Of a stretch of DNA of 32,000 nucleotides, positions 16,576-26,654 are shown in pieces. The stretch comes from Promethearchaeia archaeon (GTDB taxonomy: Archaea; Asgardarchaeota; Lokiarchaeia; Sigyniarchaeales; SOKP01): NCBI GenBank assembly GCA_046497275.1, contig JAWOFX010000041.1:1-32000 (forward strand). Direction: 5' to 3'. The notes under the pieces are model-generated. The model had not been told where the DNA came from. It did no database searches and saw only the letters and a program-made list of their open reading frames with translations. The position numbers were made by a program, and so were the translations under genes. Within the stretch, counting starts at the first letter, position 1. Every line of letters starts with the position of its first letter.

Positions 16576-18849
16576 ATGCTTTTGCATATAAAAAACCTAT
16601 TTAAAAGAAGTACATTGAGAAGCATTTTTCTAATGATTATCCTAATTTCATTGAGCTTTCCGATAATTTCTATACTTACTGAAGAAAGGATTGATCGGAT
16701 ACCAAATGATGACTTTCTGGCAGTTTCCGATTACTGGATATTTAATGGAAGCGTTATTCATATTGATAACAATTGGTCTCTTACTGAATCCACGTATGAT
16801 TGGTGTACGGGCAATGGTACTGTTGAAAATCCATATATAATCGAGAATGTAACGATTGATGCCCAAGAAGGAACGGGTATCATAATAGAACATACAAATG
16901 AATACTTTCGAATTCAAAACTGCACGATTAATAATACAGGAGAATGGAATGGATTATATTATGAAGCCGGTATCAGGGTTAGTTATTCTAATAATGGAAT
17001 TATTCATAATAATACAATTTATGACACTGAATTTGCGGGTATATCAATTGAACATACAGATAATCTTAATGTTACAGAGAATAAATTATACCAAAACGAT
17101 CTGTGGGGTCTTTACACTAATTATGCGGAAAACTCTCTGATTAAGAATAATAATCTGAACGCGAATTTTATAGACTTAGGGTTGATTCGAACAATCGATA
17201 TGACTTTAAAAAATAATACACTTTATCAAAAAGGATTTACAATTACCGCTGATAATTTTCAACAGGCAACAAGTCATAACATAGATAAATCCAATACAGT
17301 GAATGGAAAATCTATCTATTACTATAAGCATAGAGATGACCTAGTCCCAGATGATTTTTTAAATGCCGGACAAATAATTCTTGCTAATTGCTCTAACTCT
17401 TTGGTTTCCAATTGTGCAGTGTCAACGGTTTGTGCGGGAATAGAATTATTTTATTCGGAATATATCACGATTGAATCTTGCAACTTTACTTCGTGTGCTC
17501 AAATTAGTATTCATCTTGAAGAAAGTTATAATAACACTTTACGAAACAATCGATTTATTAATAGATATGGGATCGAATTAAGATACTCGGATGAGAATGA
17601 AGTCTCTAATAATTCTTTTTACAATTGCAATCGTCCCATTGTACTTGCTGGCTATTGTGAAAATAATAATATTTCACACAATGAAATAAAGGATTCTGTT
17701 TATGGTATCTATTTGGCAACCTCTTGCTCAAATAATAAGGTATATCAAAATAACATCACTAATTGTGATCTATATGGTATCTATTTATGGCGAAACTGTG
17801 ATTCAAACGAAATTTATGATAATAAAGTCGAAGAAGGCGCCAGGCAAGCAATATACTTGAATAACGATTGTGATTCAAACATCATTCGAAATAATTTAAT
17901 ACTTGATAATAGAGATGGAGTCTATTTAGAAACGGGATGTGACAACAATGGTATCTATAATAATACGTTCGAGTTAAACGGATTACATGCTTTTGATGAT
18001 GGGATTAATAACTACTGGAATTTGACAAACATCGGAAATTACTGGGATAATTATACAGGATCTGACCTAAATGATGATAATATTGGAGATACACCCTATC
18101 TCATTTCAGGTGCAAGCTTATCAGCTGATTACGCTCCCATTTGGAGTGATGGAGACGATCCCCCTACGATTAACATCAATTCTCCTAATAATGATACATA
18201 CCATAATCTACCCCCAACGATAAGCGTACTTATAAATGATAATGGGAGAATTGATACACAATGGTATGAAATGCTCAATACAAGTGAAACAGATGATTTT
18301 ACGGGAACTTCATTTCAAATTGATCCAAACATTTGGGAAAACCAACCAGAGGGAATTATCCATATTAAAATATTTGTTAACGATACAGGAGAATATAACG
18401 ACTCTGCTCTATTGAAGGTTATTAAGGATACAGTACAACCTTCAATAATCATCAATTCTCCTTTAAGCGGAACTCAATTTGGAAATGAAACAGTCATATT
18501 CAATATCACAATATCAGATGCAACCGATCCAGATATGGATATTTTATGGTATCAGCTTGGAACGTCATTGGATAAGATTTATGTAACTCCATTTTTTGAA
18601 GGGGAAAATCTGATAACTATTGACGAATCCCTCTGGAATGCATTGGATGAGGGATCTGTTATGATCCATTTCTTTATCAATGATACTGCGGGAAATACCA
18701 ACAACGTAGCTATTAATTTAGAAAAAAAATACACACCAAGCGAAGAAGGTCCTGGAGGACAAATTCCATTAGGTAACTTCTACATAATAATAATTATAGT
18801 AAGCATTGTTTCTCTCGTTATTCTTCAGAAGAAGCGATTCTATAATTAG
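16576..18849 (+). CDS. Surface protein with NosD/right-handed beta-helix repeats, Ig-like repeats and a C-terminal Loki-CTERM-like membrane anchor
   Basis: N-terminal hydrophobic signal, GNGTVENPYIIEN, repeated GIYL..S.NN.I..N units, GNYWDNYTGSD, DTVQPSIIINSP; terminal IPLGNFY + hydrophobic helix + KKR. Confidence 0.85.
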   Translation: MLLHIKNLFKRSTLRSIFLMIILISLSFPIISILTEERIDRIPNDDFLAVSDYWIFNGSVIHIDNNWSLTESTYDWCTGNGTVENPYIIENVTIDAQEGTGIIIEHTNEYFRIQNCTINNTGEWNGLYYEAGIRVSYSNNGIIHNNTIYDTEFAGISIEHTDNLNVTENKLYQNDLWGLYTNYAENSLIKNNNLNANFIDLGLIRTIDMTLKNNTLYQKGFTITADNFQQATSHNIDKSNTVNGKSIYYYKHRDDLVPDDFLNAGQIILANCSNSLVSNCAVSTVCAGIELFYSEYITIESCNFTSCAQISIHLEESYNNTLRNNRFINRYGIELRYSDENEVSNNSFYNCNRPIVLAGYCENNNISHNEIKDSVYGIYLATSCSNNKVYQNNITNCDLYGIYLWRNCDSNEIYDNKVEEGARQAIYLNNDCDSNIIRNNLILDNRDGVYLETGCDNNGIYNNTFELNGLHAFDDGINNYWNLTNIGNYWDNYTGSDLNDDNIGDTPYLISGASLSADYAPIWSDGDDPPTININSPNNDTYHNLPPTISVLINDNGRIDTQWYEMLNTSETDDFTGTSFQIDPNIWENQPEGIIHIKIFVNDTGEYNDSALLKVIKDTVQPSIIINSPLSGTQFGNETVIFNITISDATDPDMDILWYQLGTSLDKIYVTPFFEGENLITIDESLWNALDEGSVMIHFFINDTAGNTNNVAINLEKKYTPSEEGPGGQIPLGNFYIIIIIVSIVSLVILQKKRFYN

Positions 18850-19475
18850 AAAATTTAACTATCCTTTTTATTTCTTTTATTATTTGAATATGATAAATCA
18901 AACTCTACAGAAATTTTTTAATAATAATTCAAGGAGTAATAAAGATGTCGCCTAAAACACTAACACATTTTTCTCATTTTTGGGAATTATACCGTTGAAT
19001 CAAAAATGTTCTCTCGTGTTAGGCATTTGGGTTGGGACATAATCATGTATCCTGTCTGGGTAACTGACTCACACCTCATTGCATTGGTATTCACCATAGC
19101 TAGGTAAAGAGCCCATTGTATCCAGGATTGATAACTTTATTGATTATTAAACTCTGGATGTCTGCTTGTTTTTGCACACATACTCATCTGTTTTCATATG
19201 TGCCCTCGATAAGCAATTATTCCTTCAATGTTTTCCCATTCTAGATATATTAAACTGAGGTTAAAAATTTTATTCTATTATTTCAAAAAAGATATTTCCT
19301 TTCTACAAAACCTATTATATTTGCTAAAATAGTTAAGATTTAAAATTCGAAAATCTTTAAAATCTATATTCTTATTTAAGAAAAAATTATATATTTTTTA
19401 ATCTCTAATTTTTAGTATTCAATTTTCCTAAAAATTAAATTAATAGAGAGAAAACTTAGCTAATAGGATTGTATT

Positions 19476-20903
19476 ATGAGTATTTTAAGACCAAAAATAA
19501 ATGTATTAGACAAGGAACATAAAGAATTGATCTATAATGAGGCAATAGAGATATTAGGAAAACAAGGTGTATTTGTTAAGAATTTCGAAGTAATCAAAAT
19601 ACTAAAAGATGAAGATATAGAAATAAAGAACGAAAGGTTTTTTCTATCTAGAGATATAATAGAAAGAGCAATTAAAACGTGCCCAAAAGAAATAAAATTA
19701 TACGATAGAGAAGCAAAGGATTATCTTAAATTGTCTGGAGATAATATTCATTTCGACCCTGGTTCTGCGGCGATTTATATATTGGATGAACATTCTGGAG
19801 AAATTAGACTTGCTCAATCGCAAGATTTTATTAAATTTAGTAAAATTATGAACCATTTAGAACATATTGAGGCGCAAAGTACTTCTATGTTATATGAAGA
19901 TGTTCCTATGAACGCTCAAGACTGGCATCGTTTATATATCGCATTAAAATATTGCTATAAACCAATTATTACTGGAACATTCAGAAAAGAAAGCTTTTCA
20001 ATCATGAAAGAATTATTATTGACGTGCAGATCATCAGAAAGAGAATTAGCTGATAAACCATTAGCGATATTTGATGCATGTCCTTCTCCGCCACTGAAAT
20101 GGTCTGATTTGACAGTCCAATCTGTGATTGATGCTGCTAAAAGTATGATTCCAGTAGAATTTGTATCTATGCCATTAGCAGGTGCAAATGCTCCAATAAC
20201 TTTAATAGGGTCTATAACTCAGCATTGTGCTGAAACCTTATCGGGACTTGTCATAGCTCAATTAGTGAATAAAGGAGCACCTGTAATATGGGGAGGTTCT
20301 CCATCAATAATGGATATGAGAAAAGGCACAACACCTATGGGAGCAATAGAAACTATGATGATTGATTTAGGTGATGCTGAGATGGGCAAGTTCCTTGGAT
20401 TACCAACTCACGCATATATGGGTTTAAGCGATTCAAAAACACTTGATTCACAGTCTGGTTTAGAATCCAGTTTAGGAGCCATTTTAGCGGCTTTAGCGGG
20501 GATCAATATGATATCTGGTCTTGGGATGATGAATTTCGAATCCACGCAGAGCTTAGAGAAATTGATTATTGATAATGATATTGCAGGAATGGTAAAGCGG
20601 CTAATAAAGGGTATAATTGATTATGGTAAACCCTATGCTTTTGAGATCCTAAATGATTATAATAAAACTGAAGAATTATTGTCTCATCCCTCCACATTGG
20701 AATTATATAAAAAAGAATTATTGTTTCCCTCATCTATTATTGATAGAAATACTTTAGAAAATTGGAAACGCCAAGGTTCTCAAACTGCTAGAGCAAGGGC
20801 AAGGGATTTGATTAAAAGATTAGGGGAAAGACCTATTCCAAGAGAAATAGATGAAAGGATTAATAAAGAATTAGACAAAATTGCTCATCATTATCTAAAT
20901 TAA
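19476..20903 (+). CDS. MttB-superfamily (trimethylamine:corrinoid methyltransferase family) protein without pyrrolysine
   Basis: SPPLKW, SMPLAGANAPITLIGSITQHCAETLSGLVIAQL, GAPVIWGG, DMRKG, GLPTHAYMGLSDSKTLDSQSGLE; no internal TAG. Confidence 0.92.
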   Translation: MSILRPKINVLDKEHKELIYNEAIEILGKQGVFVKNFEVIKILKDEDIEIKNERFFLSRDIIERAIKTCPKEIKLYDREAKDYLKLSGDNIHFDPGSAAIYILDEHSGEIRLAQSQDFIKFSKIMNHLEHIEAQSTSMLYEDVPMNAQDWHRLYIALKYCYKPIITGTFRKESFSIMKELLLTCRSSERELADKPLAIFDACPSPPLKWSDLTVQSVIDAAKSMIPVEFVSMPLAGANAPITLIGSITQHCAETLSGLVIAQLVNKGAPVIWGGSPSIMDMRKGTTPMGAIETMMIDLGDAEMGKFLGLPTHAYMGLSDSKTLDSQSGLESSLGAILAALAGINMISGLGMMNFESTQSLEKLIIDNDIAGMVKRLIKGIIDYGKPYAFEILNDYNKTEELLSHPSTLELYKKELLFPSSIIDRNTLENWKRQGSQTARARARDLIKRLGERPIPREIDERINKELDKIAHHYLN

Positions 20904-20913
20904 GTGGGTTAAA

Positions 20914-21755
20914 TTGAAATTTAAATATGATGAAAAAAATAATAAGATAATGAATCCAAAAGATTGGTTCGAAATAAATAAAGAAAAGGATTATCTAATC
21001 GTTATATGGGAAAGTCTCGAAAAAGTGGATCCAAGATTTTATACCGATTTGACTAATATCTATCTTCTTTTAGGAAACGAAAAAGCTTTATTAATAGATA
21101 TAGGTTCTGGAGTTTTTTCGCTCAAATCCGTTATAAATGATTTAATCGAGGGTCGACAATTAATTTAGTTAACACTCATGGACATTGGGACCATATCGGG
21201 AATAATCATGAATTTGAAAGGGTATATATACATAAAAAGGAGGCAGGATTCATTTCTAACCCAGTAAATATTTCAAATCTTAAATCTTCACCTGAAAAGA
21301 TTGCCAAGAATTATAATGATATGGATTTTATACTCGCTCCGCCGTCAGAGGTTTCTGAGATTGATGAAGGATATATATTTGATGTAGGGAATCTTTCAAT
21401 AGAGGTACTCCACACACCCGGACATTCCCCGGGATCTATCTCACTTCTGACCAATAAAGGAGAATTATTTCCGGGAGATTTAGTACATTATGGCTCTGTT
21501 TTCTTACCAAAAAAGAAATATTTGAATATAGTGATCGACAGCCTTCAGAGAATCATCAATTTATTTGATGATGGGAAAGTACAAAATCTATATCCTGCCC
21601 ATGGTGATTATCCACAAGATAAAGAGCTGGTCGTAAAGCTTTTTGAAGGAATTAATAATTTAGATGAATTTTGGGATCAGAAACAGAAAGATAAATTCTT
21701 AAGATCGTGGATTATTGATGATGGGACATTTAAGTATGTTCTATCTCGATTTTAG
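20914..21755 (+). pseudogene. Metallo-beta-lactamase-fold hydrolase split by a 1-nt frameshift near 21164-21168 (pseudogene or sequencing error)
   Basis: The first frame has NIYLLLGNEKALLIDIG. The other frame resumes with VNTHGHWDHIGNN and runs in frame into ORF 21321-21755 (HTPGHSPGS, FPGDL, PAHG). One extra T at ATTTAG restores a single ORF. Confidence 0.8.
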
Positions 21756-21834
21756 TACTATTTTCTATTTTTTTATATTTTTATATTTTTAGAAAAATCA
21801 GTAAAGATTTACGACTTTAACTAAACTTATTTTT

Positions 21835-22257
21835 TTATCTCTGTATTATAGGAGTATTTTCGAGTTTTCCTATGATCAAAAAAATTAAAATAATAGCACA
21901 TAAAAGAATTTCAAAAAATCCTAAAGGAATAAAAAGAATGGTTAAAATCATAGTTAAAACTAAGCTAATTATTCCGATATATAAGCCCCATAGTAAGTTT
22001 TTTAAAATTCCCACCGCTGAGAAAAGTCTCATCATTGTGAAGCTTAAAAATAATGGTAATAGGACAATTGGGTGGTTTTCAAAAAAATAGGTAATCTCAG
22101 TAATGTTTAATCCAAATTGCATATAAACATTGGGCGTGAGATTTAAAGCTATTAATACAATATAAATACAATCAGTTATCTCTAGGAGAGAATAGATTAG
22201 AAGAGCTAACCCACCAATAAACAATAATTTCTTTTCTTTAATTTTATTTGATATCAT
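21835..22257 (-). CDS. Hypothetical membrane protein (about 4 TM)
   Basis: Hydrophobic segments; stop-start spacing of 1 nt with the upstream ICMT-family gene. Confidence 0.65.
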   Translation of the reverse strand: MISNKIKEKKLLFIGGLALLIYSLLEITDCIYIVLIALNLTPNVYMQFGLNITEITYFFENHPIVLLPLFLSFTMMRLFSAVGILKNLLWGLYIGIISLVLTMILTILFIPLGFFEILLCAIILIFLIIGKLENTPIIQR

Positions 22258-22258
22258 T

Positions 22259-22876
22259 TCATTTGTTCTCCTCTAATTCTTGTTTTTTTAATTTAGGAAA
22301 AAGCGCACCTGTTCGCTCTTTATATTCGATATATTCTTTCCCAAATCTTCTAACCAAATCTTTTTCTTCATAATATATCATAATTGGGATATAAATTACA
22401 ATACCAATGGTGCTAAAAAGAACCAAAAACCATGAATTCAACATAAAGGAGACTGCAACAAACATAGGAAACTCTCCGAGAGTTTGTGGATGTCGGATAT
22501 AATTATAAATACCTCCATACATTTGAGTATCTTTGGAAGGGGTTAATGTTTCAGACCCTGCTTCTTTTATCCCTACTGTCAAGAGAATACCACATGGAAT
22601 TAATGTACATATTCCAATTATAATACCAATCCATATGTTTTCGTTAATTATCCAAGAATCAACAATTGGAAGTGGAACCCAAATCCACAAAATTAAATTT
22701 ATAGTTGAGATTAATTCAAACACTCCACCTATACTTCGGAATAACTGGCACTGTTTCCAGGCTTTATCCCCATATTCTTCGGACCTTTTTTTAGGCTGGA
22801 CGCTTAGAGTATATAAATAGGACATTATAATAAAAGATGCAATCAATATGATAAAATTTACAATTGGGATTAGCAT
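22259..22876 (-). CDS. Isoprenylcysteine carboxyl methyltransferase / PEMT family membrane methyltransferase
   Basis: GIYNYIRHPQTLG and EEKDLVRRFGKEYIEYKERTGALFP. Confidence 0.9.
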   Translation of the reverse strand: MLIPIVNFIILIASFIIMSYLYTLSVQPKKRSEEYGDKAWKQCQLFRSIGGVFELISTINLILWIWVPLPIVDSWIINENIWIGIIIGICTLIPCGILLTVGIKEAGSETLTPSKDTQMYGGIYNYIRHPQTLGEFPMFVAVSFMLNSWFLVLFSTIGIVIYIPIMIYYEEKDLVRRFGKEYIEYKERTGALFPKLKKQELEENK

Positions 22877-23043
22877 TTTTATTAATTGAGTATAAAAATT
22901 AATTTTTTATATTTAAATGCTAGAGTGAAATAGACTTAATTTCATTCAAGATATGTTAAAATATAAGATTTTCTAGCAATTAATTTGAATCATATGAATA
23001 TTCTAATATATTAAAGAAGATTTTTAATTAGAGTAAATTTCCA

Positions 23044-23802
23044 CTAAATTCTATTTTTCTGTATTAACTTTCTAATTTGGTTATATGATCCTAATAAGTT
23101 TTCAACTTTTTCCAATGCTAAGCCTTCCTTTGGTGGGCCTTCAAATATTACTGTTCCATTCGCTAAAACCAGCATTTTATCAGCCCATTCCTCAACAAAA
23201 AAAAGATTATGGGTCGTAAAAAGAATAGTCATATCATTTTCACGCCGTAGTGCTTCTATTATTTTTAAGTGGTTCTTTATAGACGTAAAATCAAGATTTG
23301 CGAATGGTTCATCCAAAATTAACAATTTAGGTTTTAAAACTAAAAGACCAGCCAAACATGCTCTTTTTTTTTGACCCCACGAGAGATTAAAGGGAGAAAT
23401 ATCTTTATAATCTTTTAGGTCCACTGATTTTAAAGCCCATTTGACTCTCTCTTCAACCTCATTTTCTTCGAGTTTCAAATTCCGGGCACCAAAACTTACA
23501 TCCTCTCCTACAGTTGGAGCAAACAATTGATCATCAGGATTTTGGAATAAAAATCCGATCTGCTGTCGCATTTTCCATAATTTTTCTTTTTTTCTTGTTA
23601 ATTCTTTTCCAAAAATCTTAATTTTCCCAGATTTAGGCTTCAATAATCCAACTAATAATCTAAGGAGCGTGGTCTTTCCCGATCCATTATTTCCAATCAA
23701 CGCATAAATGGAATTTCGGATGATTTTGAAAGAGACGTTTTCTAAGGAAAATCCAGATTCGTAAGAAAAATTTAAATTCTCTATTTCTACGGAATAAATA
23801 AT
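23044..23802 (-). CDS. cbiO: ECF transporter ATPase CbiO/EcfA; start probably ATT at 23802 rather than the called TTG at 23700
   Basis: GNNGSGKT, FQNPDDQLFAPTV, LSWGQKKR, LDEP. The upstream in-frame extension IIYSVEIENLNFSYESGFSLENVSFKI is the usual ABC N-terminus and has no ATG, GTG or TTG. Confidence 0.85.
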   Translation of the reverse strand: MIYSVEIENLNFSYESGFSLENVSFKIIRNSIYALIGNNGSGKTTLLRLLVGLLKPKSGKIKIFGKELTRKKEKLWKMRQQIGFLFQNPDDQLFAPTVGEDVSFGARNLKLEENEVEERVKWALKSVDLKDYKDISPFNLSWGQKKRACLAGLLVLKPKLLILDEPFANLDFTSIKNHLKIIEALRRENDMTILFTTHNLFFVEEWADKMLVLANGTVIFEGPPKEGLALEKVENLLGSYNQIRKLIQKNRI

Positions 23803-24590
23803 TTGATTACCTCCATGTAAATAAATTCTAAATCAATAAATAAAATTAATACAATCATAAATGATGTAAAAATTATCAATGTTATTATATCAATGACTTT
23901 AATTCCTTTTGGAGCGAATGTTATCTTTCCCGAAAAGCCTCTCAGCTTTAAACTTTCATAAAGTTTCTCACTTCGCTCCATATTCATTACTATACTTTTT
24001 CCCATGATAAAGGCATGAGCTTTTAGTTTCTGCCAATAGGAAGTGACTTTCTTACCCCTAAGTTCTTGGGCTTCGAGTATCTTCCTATTTGAATTAGCTA
24101 ATATTGGAATATAGTGTAAGAGAATAATTAAACTTCCCACAAACATCGCAGGCATTCGAGCTTTTGTAATCGCCTCAATAAATTCTGAATAGGTTAAGGA
24201 TGAAAAAAATGCCATAAATCCAAAAATCGCAGTAAAAATTCTTAAAAATAATAAAATTGCTGAATCGATTCCCTCCTGATAAATATTAACTCGAATCCCT
24301 ATATCAATAGTATAGATTATTGTATTCCCTATATAGAGTGGGAGAAATATAACTAATAAAATTATTAATGGAATTACATTCTTTGCTCTCGAAAGGATTC
24401 TTTTTAGATTTAGACGGAAGATCAAACTCAGAATAAATATAGATAATAAAATAGTACTACTAAGAAAAATATCATTAATAAACAATATTGGAATGATAAG
24501 GATAAATGGAGTGATTAATCGAACTAAAGGATGAGTCTTGGCTAAAATGGTATCTTCGTCTTCATGCCTAAATGGAAGAATCGTCCGCAT
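23787..24590 (-). CDS. cbiQ: ECF transporter transmembrane component CbiQ/EcfT
   Basis: HPLVRL start, multiple TM helices, EAQELRG and ESLKLRGFSG coupling-helix motifs. Confidence 0.9.
   Translation of the reverse strand: MRTILPFRHEDEDTILAKTHPLVRLITPFILIIPILFINDIFLSSTILLSIFILSLIFRLNLKRILSRAKNVIPLIILLVIFLPLYIGNTIIYTIDIGIRVNIYQEGIDSAILLFLRIFTAIFGFMAFFSSLTYSEFIEAITKARMPAMFVGSLIILLHYIPILANSNRKILEAQELRGKKVTSYWQKLKAHAFIMGKSIVMNMERSEKLYESLKLRGFSGKITFAPKGIKVIDIITLIIFTSFMIVLILFIDLEFIYMEVIKLFIP
23809..23814 (-). promoter_or_regulatory. Shine-Dalgarno-like GGAGGT for cbiO, inside the 3' end of cbiQ
   Basis: GGAGGT-AATCAA-ATT ATT TAT TCC on the minus strand. Confidence 0.55.
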
Positions 24591-24953
24591 TTTTGAATCT
24601 CTATGAAAAACTTAATAAAATTATATTGAAAGAGATTGATTTAATTCTCTTTTTTGTTAAAGAACTGATTAATATAAAAGTTAGTTTTATGAAACTTTAT
24701 ATTTTATATTTTGAAATTTCGCATCTACTCTAATATAAGTATTAAATTTGTTTTACATAGTTAAGTCTTCATAGTTTTTTTTGAATTATAATTTTAGAGT
24801 TTCTTTCTTTTTAGAGTATACAACGAAATAATAGATGATAATCAAAAGAATATGCTAAAAAGAATACTTTTTCAATTAATTTGTTTATCTTATCCTTCTA
24901 TAATACACTATAAGTTTTTTGTAAATGAATAGTAATATTATGATCTAAAAGCG

Positions 24954-24992
24954 TAACATTTAAAATCGATTTAGAAAAACATCATATGAAAT
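24954..24992 (+). promoter_or_regulatory. Conserved promoter/operator block upstream of cbiM (copy 1)
   Basis: 33 of 39 nt identical to 26690-26728; contains TATA-like TTTAAAA and the palindrome AAATCGATTT. Confidence 0.7.
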
Positions 24993-25015
24993 CTTATTAA
25001 AAAAGTGATTTAAAA

Positions 25016-25687
25016 ATGCATATACCAGATGGTTTGTTGGATCCGGTGAGTATTATTGTTCTCTGGATTATGACGGTTTTAGTAATGGTGCTTGGATATT
25101 TTAGAATGGGAAAAATGTTCGAGAGAGAAGAATCGGAAAAACTTGTACCATATATCGGAGTCTTAGCAGCAGTTATTTTTGCATTTCAATTTGTTAATTA
25201 TCCTGTTCCAGGTGGTACTTCTGGTCATTTAGTTGGAGGAACATTGGTTGCGGTCATATTGGGTCCTTGGGCATCAGTAATTATTCTATTCTTAGTGCTG
25301 GTTGTTCAGAGCTTATTCGGTGATGGAGGTATAACGGCCGTGGGAGCTAATGCGTTTAACATGGGAGTAGTTGGAGGTATAGTTGGATTCTATATAGTGT
25401 TGGGTATAATAAAAATCTTAAACAAGAGTTCAATGGATAAAACAATTAAAATTACCCTCTCAACTATAATAGGATCCTATATTAGCATTGTACTGGCAGC
25501 ATTAGCTTGTGGAATAGAATTAGGCATTTCTAATGTTATTCCTTTTGCTGTAGCGGTACCCACGATGGTTTACTGGCATTTACTCATAGGAATAGGTGAA
25601 GCTGTGATATCTGGATTAATTATCTATTATATCTTGAAAACCAAACCAAGCCTAATCATAACTCAAAATTTAATGGGGGTAAAGTAA
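25016..25687 (+). CDS. cbiM: Cobalt/nickel ECF transporter substrate component CbiM/NikM
   Basis: Hallmark N-terminus MHIPDG, FAFQFVNYPVPGGTSGHLVGG, GANAFNMG, HLLIGIGEA. Confidence 0.95.
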   Translation: MHIPDGLLDPVSIIVLWIMTVLVMVLGYFRMGKMFEREESEKLVPYIGVLAAVIFAFQFVNYPVPGGTSGHLVGGTLVAVILGPWASVIILFLVLVVQSLFGDGGITAVGANAFNMGVVGGIVGFYIVLGIIKILNKSSMDKTIKITLSTIIGSYISIVLAALACGIELGISNVIPFAVAVPTMVYWHLLIGIGEAVISGLIIYYILKTKPSLIITQNLMGVK

Positions 25688-25690
25688 AGC

Positions 25691-25987
25691 ATGGCAGATT
25701 TTGAACGATATAAATGGCCAGTTATTACCTTAGTGGTTACATCTGTCGTCTTAATGATAATGCTTTCCATAGGGTTTACAGTAGGAATTCTATCAGAGGA
25801 CCCAGATGGTTTAGAACGAGTCTTAGAAGACTTGAAGGTTGCCGAGCCAGAAGCTTTTTGGGTACCTTTTTTTTCGTTTATAACTAATGATTATGTGGCT
25901 GGGATTCTTGGTTTAATATTGACAACCGTGATAATTGGAGGAGTGTTTTACTTAATAACTAATTCGAAGAAAAAGAGAACAGAATAA
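25691..25987 (+). CDS. PDGLE-domain protein (CbiN/NikN-like accessory subunit)
   Basis: SEDPDGLERV motif between two TM helices; 3 nt after cbiM. Confidence 0.88.
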   Translation: MADFERYKWPVITLVVTSVVLMIMLSIGFTVGILSEDPDGLERVLEDLKVAEPEAFWVPFFSFITNDYVAGILGLILTTVIIGGVFYLITNSKKKRTE

Positions 25988-26654
25988 ACGAGAATTTTAT
26001 TTTTTCTAATTTTTAATTTTTTTATTGTTTTATAGATTTTTCTTTATATTCAGAGCTTTCTGGGTTTATTATTTTGTTCATTTGTTAGAAATTATGATCT
26101 CCATACATATGAAAACACTGCTCTTTCACAGATTTTATACTTTGGTTTTTAATCATTTTCATGATGAAATTTCTTCAGAGTATATATATCCGAAAACTCA
26201 GAAACGACATAAAATGAATATAGATTGCATGTTCTAATGAGTCTAAAAGGTAATGATAAAATACTTTCTGATATAAACTCCACCATACAGAAGATATTTT
26301 TATTCTATTGAGGGTATAAGTTCAACTTAAGTACGTATATTCTGCCTAATACGGAAATAGAGGCTCTTCTACTTACAATTGGAGTTTTAATCTACATCCT
26401 TACTTAATCAGATTTAAGATATTTTCCTTATATTTTCAATTTTAATATTTCATAAAAAATTTGAACACAGTATGATCTTAGCATAAAGAATTCCTATAAT
26501 TTTTTATCGATTAGTTTCATAATTAATCTTATTAAATTAATTATTTTTGTCTATTCTTAAATTCTTATAGCAAATATTAGAATGAATAGGATTTTCCGTA
26601 GTTCCTCAGCCTTTTTGGTACTCATTTTAGGCGATCATACTTTCTCCAAGCTTC

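Noticed and set aside
19476-20903. Pyrrolysine recoding in the MttB gene
   Set aside because: The ORF is open with no internal TAG; Leu occupies the expected position
22259-22876. ICMT-family gene as evidence for eukaryote-like prenylation
   Set aside because: The family is widespread in prokaryotes, and no CaaX substrate or prenyltransferase is in the window
25990-26650. Cobalamin riboswitch or a real CDS (ORF 26025-26237) upstream of the btuF-like gene
   Set aside because: No GC-rich stems or B12-box consensus visible; the ORF is low-complexity AT-rich sequence with no family signal
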